Source: Candidatus Binatota bacterium (GTDB lineage Bacteria; Desulfobacterota; Binatia; UBA1149). From it: a stretch of DNA of 64,000 nucleotides. The stretch spans positions 60,887 through 124,886 of the forward strand of contig DUBO01000051.1 in the NCBI GenBank assembly GCA_012960245.1, in the 5' to 3' direction. Below the pieces are notes generated by a model, which was not told where the DNA came from, ran no database searches, and saw only the letters and a list, made by a program, of their open reading frames with translations. Below, piece after piece: positions 19,001-24,876 of this stretch (within the stretch, counting starts at the first letter, position 1; every line of letters begins with the position of its first letter). Position numbers and translations under genes: made by a program.

Positions 19001-19706
19001 TATCAACTACCACTGGTTCGCCGGCTATACGTGGCACGGATTTTCCGAGCCTGAGGAGCTGGGTCCGGGCAACCTGCGCTCCTACGGCGACTTCCTGGTC
19101 GATGCTCGGCAGGGCTTGCTCGGCGCGTTGGTAATAGAAGAAGCCGGTGCCAGCTGGACCGACACCGTGACCGGCACGGCGGCTTCGTCGGGAACAGCGG
19201 TAGACGTGACCACGGCCTCTGGTGAAACCTTTCGCGAGTTCGTAGTTCTCTACCAGGAAGACCTGGACTTGTTCACGGGCCAGGGAAGGATTCCCGACGC
19301 CAAGGTCGATCAGGCCGAGAAGGCGTTCAATTACCGAACCGAGAATTTCTGGGCGCGGCTGGGCGTTCCTACTTCCGTAGACTTGAATGACGTGGCGTTT
19401 CCCTCCGATTTTTTCAGCGGCCCTATCGAGACACCTTTGTTCAGGGCAGCCGACGGGCAGAAGGTTCGTTTCCACGTACTGCAGCCCTCCGGCGGTCCCC
19501 TGCAGCACACCTTCCTCGTGCAGGGGCACGACTATCCGGACAACCGCCAACCGATGGCGGGCACCGGGGGGGCGAGCATTATAGCCCCCTTCGTGGCCCG
19601 TACCATGGACCTGGAAGGCGGCGCGCGCGCCGGCACATGGCTCTATCACGACGGCACGGGGTACGGTCGGGCGGGTGGCCTCTGGGGCCGGCTGGAAGTC
19701 GACTGA
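13068..19706 (+). CDS. Giant secreted fusion protein: N-terminal Cys domain, about 45 myxo-type disulfide-rich repeats (13590-15290) and a large multi-unit multicopper oxidase (15290-19706)
   Basis: Signal peptide-like N-terminus. Repeats of the form CGDGxVxxGEECDDGNxxxxDxCLxxC (TIGR02232-like spacing). Two cupredoxin domain-1-like segments (LVLRANEGDVLQVHFTNL, LVLRANSGDCITVSLTNHM), each followed by GLxGALxVEP. An HIFHLHAHQW (HxHxH) motif at 16355-16385 and a type-1 Cu motif HCHLYPHFAQGM at 16531-16566. Additional HIHLV, THDH and TWHGF His-rich motifs. Confidence 0.8.
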   Translation: MNNSQPFYLPVFKTIRTALLCSVLMLLVPLTAVGAEQQQAGDRFPSNPLGACSTKLAAGGDKLFKKAARALQRCQKADMSTSCLLNRPASVAGELSGYATKARRSMAGKCSRINYDLAGYPSTCPGFGDACDFTVAGWDVTGEKNDMLDCLLCMYDAAARRSLELQVVVPRCGDGMDNRLDEICDDGNDDSNDACLGDCRAASCGDGFVWAGQESCDNGDANSDTEADACRSDCTPAVCGDGTVDSGEECDDSGESASCDSDCSLAVCGDGTVNASAGETCDDTGESASCNSDCTVASCGDGTTNGTAGESCDDGNGDNTDACLNDCSPASCGDGFTWAGSEDCDDGNADNNDSCLDSCTAATCGDGFAWAGTEECDDGNADNGDSCLDSCVTATCGDGFLFSGSEQCDDGAANSDTAPDTCRSDCELPSCGDGVADSAEQCDDGNADDNDSCLGSCVDASCGDGHTWAGIEACDAAGYSASCNLDCSVSVCGDGKANPAAGEACDAAGESAVCDLDCSLASCGDGTMNTTAGEACDAAGESTTCDLDCSLASCGDGTTNATAGETCDTEGESASCNADCSTAACGDGKVNSSAGEQCDAAGESDLCDGDCTVAACGDGTTNATAGEACDDGNNSNGDGCLDSCATASCGDGFVFAGEEACDDGNSSNADACLADCAVASCGDGFVFVGQEACDDGNSDNGDACLDSCETASCGDGFLFVGGEECDDGNSSDTDSCSAACDSQRVISAGVVALDQVLTYNRWGSHQAAGMIFALRRDVVDMAGNPIGEGGVPGQVMLRPGKRPRPLVLRANEGDVLQVHFTNLLAPARPNAKGTTTRLASMMVNGTRVLGNTHDPVVTGLEGIAPGQSTDYSWKAGHEGTKLFYSLAGPAGGGGDGGQLSLGLFGALNVEPEGSSWYRSQVTAAELATARSQAEAPALLNYDAVDIAGVPVLRMLDDAGELVHSDLNAIIAYDQAADNVQSTSEATFREFSVIFHDEIELTQGYPQLDNDVLKPVSDSFAINYGSEGLGSRLLANRLGEGPAANCLECPYEEFFLESAVSGDPALLNVFEDDPSNVHHSYINDNVKFRNLHAGPRETHIFHLHAHQWLANAGEGIDDNSVYLDSQAISPMSNFTYEIQYGGAGNRNKVVGDSIFHCHLYPHFAQGMWELWRAHDVLEDGTRRLMDGELGPGTNPLTGVTVGGTPIPALVPMPDYAMAPDPSYGPNALPGYPFYMAQVAGHRAPQAPLDVASDGGLPRHVFTDGGQRSTGAGAASFDFHVDVQVANIQVLPQEGTALEQAAMAFHASPGVTTTTPEGDAAFFELNGLPSTAGAPYAEPCPPLCGSAQQGEYQAACMDGCTGKPWDPECSLRCEDCTTAHRTYHVSYIELDLLANAAGWHDPQGRINVLDSDVSLYEGQTTTADPFFFRANSGECVTFKHTNRAPKEFDLDDFQVRTPADVVGQHIHLVKFDVTSSDGSGNGWNYEDGTYSAEAIAEWTAASNALGGSATSGYDAAGNPVNVWGDGATSGVPTTLTADGGFQTTTQRWWADPLLNKHGQDRSIRTVFTHDHFFPSTGQQHGFYNALTIEPAGSQWLTPDLTDDLSLPLDPARGVGTQAYIIAADSKTCTVSGEAVAVEPLPCNSDADCPEEEWCMNMDHREFMMAVADLALLYTPLGVPIGAPAQPEAISSKGGTDVVNYRNEPFAGRGGPHPDADLDTLNSGNGVPSGAFSSWVNGDPFTEIFKAREGERMQVRLIQGAQQAQHSFNLHGGLWPEAIDDSGSPMVQGQPIGISEHFECDMGVAPPVTGGGVADYLYHFGANDHLNDGSWGLIRVFADGLSFDASDSELRSAQLAAAAAGERNDCLEDSPARLFEVEAWRAADLLPGGRLVYNQREDIYDPNARIFLLAEDRAALAAGTKAVEPLVLRANSGDCITVSLTNHMPDTEVSMHPQRVSYDVRYSDGANVGLNFLQTAMPGETINYHWFAGYTWHGFSEPEELGPGNLRSYGDFLVDARQGLLGALVIEEAGASWTDTVTGTAASSGTAVDVTTASGETFREFVVLYQEDLDLFTGQGRIPDAKVDQAEKAFNYRTENFWARLGVPTSVDLNDVAFPSDFFSGPIETPLFRAADGQKVRFHVLQPSGGPLQHTFLVQGHDYPDNRQPMAGTGGASIIAPFVARTMDLEGGARAGTWLYHDGTGYGRAGGLWGRLEVD
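13590..15290 (+). repeat. Myxo-type disulfide-rich repeat array (~108-nt period), coding
   Basis: CGDGxxNxxAGExCDxxGESxxCxxDCxxAxCGDG is reiterated about 45 times. Confidence 0.85.
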
Positions 19707-19756
19707 CGGCTATAGCCCGGCAACTGGCCCGGTCGCTGGCGGATTAATTTGTTCTG

Positions 19757-19807
19757 CCCCCCTAACGGGGGGTACGGGCCGCTGTTTCCCCGTTTGGGGG
19801 CTTGTTG
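19757..19807 (+). terminator. Two GC hairpins (CCCCCC-taac-GGGGGG; CCCC-gttt-GGGGG) followed by a CTTGTTG tail; candidate intrinsic terminator after the oxidase gene
   Basis: Inverted repeats read directly from the sequence. The T-tract is weak. Confidence 0.35.
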
Positions 19808-19847
19808 AACTCCCCCGACAGGGTAACTTTTTATAAGGGGTTACAGC

Positions 19848-21746
19848 TTGCGGGGGTTTCCTAAATACGAAAGAAAGGTGGGATTGTCGGTGGCGATCCT
19901 GTTGCCGCTGGCGATGGTTTTCGGCTGCCCGGTGCCGGTGGATGCCGCGGATTCCAAGCCTGCGGGCGTTGAATTCTCGGTACACAACCTGGATTCCAAG
20001 GCGGGTCAGGCAATCAGGGCGGGCGGGGACCTTCTGGTCAAGTTCAGACTGTCTGATCCCGATTCTGGCTTCGGACTGTCGCAGTTGCACCCGGCTGCCT
20101 GGCTCAGCCCGCGCGAGAAGGGCGCTCCCGCGCCGTCGCAGCAGGAGTGCGAAAACCTGATACGCGGCATGGGGCAGTTCGGTGTCACGCACGCCGACGA
20201 CGATCTCAACGGTTACTACATCCTCACCCTCAACGCTGACAATTCAGTCTCTATTCTCAACCCCATGGTCAGCCTGAACACTTCCAACCAGAAGGCCCAC
20301 ATTCTCCTGGACGGCGAGGCGCACGCATGGGATTTTGACCCCAACACGGCGCTGGCCTGGGTGACCTTGCCCGACGATAACAAGGTGGCCGTTGTTGACG
20401 TCAAGGGCCGACGAGTCGCTGCCTACCTGGCAGTGGGCAACGCGCCGCGGTCGATAGAAGTACAACCCGACGGTCGTTTTGTGTGGGTGGGCAACGACGA
20501 TTCGGGTACCGTCAGCGTGTTGGCCCCAAGCGGCCAAGGACAACTTCGTTCGATCGAAGTGGGGCGAGGCCCGATAGATTTTGCCTTCGACGAACAGGGG
20601 CGCTACGTGATCGTGTCAGCGGGGGGTGCCGGCCGCGTGTCGGTGATCGATACGGGGAGCATGAAAGTCGTATCTTCTCTCGAAGTGGGCGAAGGCTCAC
20701 TTCAGGTCGCCTGGGCAGAACTGGCCGGCGCTTTTTACCTGCTCAACCCTTCGCGCAACACGGTTACGGTCGCTTACCCCCGCGAGGGCCGGGCTGCCGT
20801 GGAGATCGATGTCGCCGAGGGCGCCACGACGATTGAAGCCGATCCGCAGGGACGCTGGGTATTCGTGATCAACCCCGAGGCGCGCGCGGTTGACATCATC
20901 GATACCGCAGCTGCGAGGCTGTCGCGCAGGGTAGCGCTCGAGGAAAAACCCAGCCACGTTCTTTTCAGCTCGATCTTCGCCTACGTCTACCACGCCGACA
21001 GTTCCAACCTGTCGCTGGTAAAGCTCTCTGCGCTTGCGGATGCTGAAGCTGCACCGGTGCTGATCATCCCCATGGGAGTTGAGCGACCCGAGGGAAGAAT
21101 GGTGCGCCCGGGCCTGTTGCCCATGGACATTCTGCCCGATGAGGGCGGCGCCGTGGTGGCCAACCCGGTCGAGAAGGTCATCTATTTTTACACCGACGGA
21201 ATGATGTCTCCGATGGGTTCGTTCAAGACATGGGCGTCGAACCCGCTGGGCGTGATTCTCTACGACCGCTCGCTGCGGGAGCGCGGCAACTCGGGCGTCT
21301 ACGAGACGGTTACCCGCCTGGACGAACCCGGGGTGTACGATGTTCCCTTCGTGCTGGGCAGCCCACGGGTAGTGACCTGTTTTGAGTTCGAGGTCGCGGG
21401 AGAGCCCGGGCACGGGGAAGCCGTGAAGCCGTTGTTCCGCGGACTGTTCGTGGGCGAGGATCTCGCCCCGGGTGACGAGGTGACCCTGCGCTACCAGGTG
21501 GTCGACGGTCGCGATGGCCGTCCCCTGACCGGTCTCGACGACCTGAGATTGATAACCTTTCGCGCGGGCGAGAACTGGAGCGCGAGGTCCTGGACCAAGG
21601 AAGTAGAAGACGGCGTGTACGAGGCGGGTGTCACCTTTCCGCGCGGCGGCCGTTACCTGGTGCAGGTGGAGGCACGCTCGCTGGGCATCGGTTTCGGCGA
21701 TGCTGGAAGGGACTACGCCGACGTGTCGCAGGGAGCGACGAGATGA
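19848..21746 (+). CDS. Secreted, possibly lipoprotein, YVTN-family beta-propeller protein with an Ig-like C-terminal domain
   Basis: Signal peptide with an FGC motif. Repeated segments of the form YVIVSAGGAGRVSVIDTGSMKVVSSLEVGEG are typical of 40-residue YVTN beta-propeller repeats. The stop overlaps the next start (ATGA). Confidence 0.7.
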   Translation: MRGFPKYERKVGLSVAILLPLAMVFGCPVPVDAADSKPAGVEFSVHNLDSKAGQAIRAGGDLLVKFRLSDPDSGFGLSQLHPAAWLSPREKGAPAPSQQECENLIRGMGQFGVTHADDDLNGYYILTLNADNSVSILNPMVSLNTSNQKAHILLDGEAHAWDFDPNTALAWVTLPDDNKVAVVDVKGRRVAAYLAVGNAPRSIEVQPDGRFVWVGNDDSGTVSVLAPSGQGQLRSIEVGRGPIDFAFDEQGRYVIVSAGGAGRVSVIDTGSMKVVSSLEVGEGSLQVAWAELAGAFYLLNPSRNTVTVAYPREGRAAVEIDVAEGATTIEADPQGRWVFVINPEARAVDIIDTAAARLSRRVALEEKPSHVLFSSIFAYVYHADSSNLSLVKLSALADAEAAPVLIIPMGVERPEGRMVRPGLLPMDILPDEGGAVVANPVEKVIYFYTDGMMSPMGSFKTWASNPLGVILYDRSLRERGNSGVYETVTRLDEPGVYDVPFVLGSPRVVTCFEFEVAGEPGHGEAVKPLFRGLFVGEDLAPGDEVTLRYQVVDGRDGRPLTGLDDLRLITFRAGENWSARSWTKEVEDGVYEAGVTFPRGGRYLVQVEARSLGIGFGDAGRDYADVSQGATR

Positions 21747-22381
21747 AACAAGGCTTGCTCACAGTGCTGCTATCGGCAGCGATGCTTGCTTGCCCGTTCT
21801 TGATGCGGGCGGCAACGGCCGCGGGCGTGAGCGCGGGGGGAAACGACGCTGGCGACGTCAGGCTTATCGACGTGCCGCTGCTCGACCAGGATGGCAAGCG
21901 CATGATGCTGGTCAGTGACCTGGTCGGGGAGAAGATCGTGGTAATGAACTTCATTTTTACTACCTGCCCGTCGGTGTGCCCCATGCAGTCTGCAATTTTT
22001 GCAGGCCTGCAGAAGGAGCTGGGTGATCGCCTGGGCAACGAGGTCAAGCTGTTGAGCCTGAGCATAGACCCGGTCACCGATGTGCCTGCGAGGCTGGCGG
22101 AAACCGCCGCTCGCTACGGGGCGCGAGAGGGCTGGACCTGGCTCACGGGCGAGAAGGCCGACGTCGACAGGGCCCTGGTCGGCCTGGGTGCGTACTCGAG
22201 CGAGGTTGAATCGCACCCGGCGATGATCCTGGTGGGAGACGGCAGCACGGGCGATTGGACACGCTTCTATGGTTTTCCGCGTCCGGTAGACGTGCTGGCC
22301 CGAGTGGACGCGCTCGTCGCGGCACGGATCGCGGGGCCGGGAGCGGTTGCCGCGGAGCCGGCAGAAGAAAACCAGCGATGA
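21743..22381 (+). CDS. SCO1/SenC family copper chaperone (thioredoxin fold, CxxxC)
   Basis: VVMNFIFTTCPSVCP...LLSLSIDPVTDVPARL...GWTWLTG is the SCO1/SenC signature. ATGA overlap with the upstream gene. Confidence 0.8.
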   Translation: MKQGLLTVLLSAAMLACPFLMRAATAAGVSAGGNDAGDVRLIDVPLLDQDGKRMMLVSDLVGEKIVVMNFIFTTCPSVCPMQSAIFAGLQKELGDRLGNEVKLLSLSIDPVTDVPARLAETAARYGAREGWTWLTGEKADVDRALVGLGAYSSEVESHPAMILVGDGSTGDWTRFYGFPRPVDVLARVDALVAARIAGPGAVAAEPAEENQR

Positions 22382-23043
22382 AATGCTCGAGCTCTAAAAC
22401 TTCGACGATTAGTTTCGCAACGGTGAGCGTGACGGCCCTGGTGTGCTTTCTGCTGCTCGGTGTAACCCGTTCCGCCGCGGCCGCCGCCGCCGAGACTCAA
22501 GCTACTACCACCCCCGTTTCTGTCACTGCCGCCCGCGACGGAGACGAGGCCGCGCGAAGCTGGTTCACCGAATCCATCTTGCTTGACCAACGCGGTCGAG
22601 AGCTGAAGTTCTACAGCGATGTTCTCAAGGACCAGGTAGTGGTCGTCAACTTCATCTTTACCCGTTGCCCCGGCACTTGCCCGGTGCAGACGGCCAAGAT
22701 GTCGGAACTCTACAAGGAACTCGGTGGAGAAATGGGGCGGACGGTGCGCTTCGTATCGATTTCGGTAGACCCCGACAACGACACACCGGCGAAGTTGCTT
22801 GAATTTGCAGACCGCTACAAGGCTGGTGACGGCTGGTTTTTTCTTACGGGTGAGCAAAAAAGTCTCGACCAGGTAACGCGCAGGCTCGGTGCTCACAATA
22901 GTCTTGCCGAGGCGCACTCGCCCTTGTTCCTGCTCGGAAATGTCAGCCGCGAACACTGGGTCAAAATGCGCCCGAGCGCTTCGGTGGCAACGCTGGCGGG
23001 TGAAGTACGAAAACTGCTCGCGGTCGATAAAGAAGATGGCTGA
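22378..23043 (+). CDS. Second SCO1/SenC family copper chaperone paralog
   Basis: Internal ATG at 22378 (MKCSSS..., signal-like TM segment) overlapping the upstream stop (ATGA). VVVNFIFTRCPGTCP...FVSISVDPDNDTPAKL...GWFFLTG. Confidence 0.8.
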   Translation: MKCSSSKTSTISFATVSVTALVCFLLLGVTRSAAAAAAETQATTTPVSVTAARDGDEAARSWFTESILLDQRGRELKFYSDVLKDQVVVVNFIFTRCPGTCPVQTAKMSELYKELGGEMGRTVRFVSISVDPDNDTPAKLLEFADRYKAGDGWFFLTGEQKSLDQVTRRLGAHNSLAEAHSPLFLLGNVSREHWVKMRPSASVATLAGEVRKLLAVDKEDG

Positions 23044-24673
23044 CAGGATGACGGCGGCACTGCCAGCGCGGTTACTCGTCGTGGCGGCGCTGGGTGGGGT
23101 GCTGGTTGCCTTGGTTGCCGATCCGGCAGTGGCTGGCTGGGGCGAACAGGAGCAGCGCGGCAAGTCGGTTTACGAGCAGGGCAGGGCCACGGGCCAGGTG
23201 AAGGCACTGCTGGCGGGGCCGGGCCTCGAAGTCGATGCGGCCCAGTTTCCCTGCGTAAACTGTCACGGCCACGACGGCGCGGGTGTCATTGAAGGTGGCG
23301 TCACCACTGCCGACATCAGGCCGTCGCGCTTAGCGTTCGCGGCCGATGCCACCAGGGACTTCGGCAGGCAGCGGCCGGCCTACGACAACGAGGCGCTGGC
23401 AATGGCGATCAGGTCGGGTCTCGACCCAGGTGGCAACAGCCTTCACCCGGCCATGCCTCGCTACCGTATCAACGACGACGACTTGGCCGACCTGCTGGCC
23501 TACATGCGCCACCTGGGGCGAGAGCCTGTAGCAGGGGTAGCAGAAGATGCGGTGAGGGTCGCCGCGTTGCTGCCTTCCGCTGGACCGCTGGCCGCCCCCG
23601 CCCGCGAGGTTGAGCGTGTGCTCGCGGCCTTCGAAGAATACACCAACGAACAGGGCGGGGCCTACGGTCGGCGCTTGCTGCTGGAGCTCAAGCACTACGA
23701 TCCGTCGGTGGATGCCGGTGGCGTTGCCGCGGTGGACGAGTTGCTGGCGGGCGAACGCCCGTTCTGCCTCTTGTCGAGCATGGGCCTGGGGGCCGCTGCG
23801 TTGGCCACGCTTGAACAAGCCGGCGTTCCGCTGGTCGCGCCGCTGGCGGTACCTGCCAGTGACGGCTACGGCGCCGCCCGAAACACCTTTTTTGTTTTTA
23901 CCTCCGTGGCCGACCAGGCCAGGGTATTGGTCGATCATCTGGTGGCCGAGCTACCCGGCCTGGGCGGGGGCGCGGTGCTGCTGCACGACTCTGGTCCCGA
24001 GGGGCTGGCGGGCAAGCTGGGTGTAGAAAGCCAACTGTCCGGCTACGACCAGACGCTGTCGGCGAGTATCCAACTGGCAGCTGCGGGAGGCGTTGAGTCT
24101 GTCGTGGCGGAGCTCGTCGCGGCCGGAACAGCGGGCCAACGGCCCTCGGCTGTATTTTTCTTTGCCGATGGAGAGCGAGCGGCAGAGTTCCTGCGCCTGG
24201 CCGCTGCCGAAGACTGGCACCCGCTGCTGTTGGGACCCGCCGAAAGGCTGTCCCCCGGCCTGGCCGGCCTGCCCCCGGCTTTGCTCGCCGGACTGCGCCT
24301 GGTTTCGCCTGCCGGGGTGCCGGACCTAGACGCCGGCCGTAGCAGGGAGTTTCTCGCGGTGATGGAAAGAGAAGGAATTGCGGGGAGCTACCGCGCGTTT
24401 CAAATCTCGGCCTGGGCTGGAGGCTTGCTGCTGAGAGAAGGGTTGCGGAGATCTGGCCGTCGTCTTACCACACCTCGTTTCATGGCATCGCTCACCGGCC
24501 TGCGCGGGTTCGATACCGGCTTGCTGGCGCCGTTGTCATTTGACGAAAACAGCAGGGTGGGTGTGGCCGGCGCCACGGTGCTGCGGTTTTCAACGGCCGG
24601 CCCGGGCTTGTCGGTTGCCCGTAGATGGCGCGAACCCCTGGCGGCATCCGCCGTTGTAGAGCCTCAACTGTAA
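23036..24673 (+). CDS. Periplasmic mono-heme cytochrome c domain fused to a type-I periplasmic binding protein (Leu/Ile/Val-binding-like) fold
   Basis: Start MADRMTAALPARLLVVAALGG overlaps the upstream stop by 8 nt. A CVNCH heme motif is followed by a Met-containing loop. The remaining ~450 aa has a PBP-like alternating alpha/beta pattern. Confidence 0.65.
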   Translation: MADRMTAALPARLLVVAALGGVLVALVADPAVAGWGEQEQRGKSVYEQGRATGQVKALLAGPGLEVDAAQFPCVNCHGHDGAGVIEGGVTTADIRPSRLAFAADATRDFGRQRPAYDNEALAMAIRSGLDPGGNSLHPAMPRYRINDDDLADLLAYMRHLGREPVAGVAEDAVRVAALLPSAGPLAAPAREVERVLAAFEEYTNEQGGAYGRRLLLELKHYDPSVDAGGVAAVDELLAGERPFCLLSSMGLGAAALATLEQAGVPLVAPLAVPASDGYGAARNTFFVFTSVADQARVLVDHLVAELPGLGGGAVLLHDSGPEGLAGKLGVESQLSGYDQTLSASIQLAAAGGVESVVAELVAAGTAGQRPSAVFFFADGERAAEFLRLAAAEDWHPLLLGPAERLSPGLAGLPPALLAGLRLVSPAGVPDLDAGRSREFLAVMEREGIAGSYRAFQISAWAGGLLLREGLRRSGRRLTTPRFMASLTGLRGFDTGLLAPLSFDENSRVGVAGATVLRFSTAGPGLSVARRWREPLAASAVVEPQL

Positions 24674-24763
24674 AACACCTCAATATTCACTGGGCTAAGC
24701 TGGGCTGTACGGCCCTTGTGGTGTGCAGGCGGTATCAACACAAAGATATCTGCAGTGTTTATC

Positions 24764-24769
24764 TATAAT
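24764..24769 (+). promoter_or_regulatory. Exact TATAAT -10-like hexamer in an AT-rich island upstream of the protease gene
   Basis: Sequence tttatcTATAATtcgg lies in an otherwise ~68% GC context. The -35 is not convincing. Confidence 0.3.
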
Positions 24770-24876
24770 TCGGATTTTATCACTATGCGGCGCTTCCCTA
24801 GCTTCGGGCTAGCTGTTATCTGCCCGTCTCCCCTGCAGTCTTTTGTCTGGAAGACAACGGGGGGCTGGAGTGTCAG

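Noticed and set aside
22267-23163. 298-aa minus-strand ORF across the SCO1 paralog
   Set aside because: It is antisense to a gene with a clear SCO1/SenC signature (CPGTCP). Its Arg/Ala-rich composition is typical of GC-rich antisense frames.
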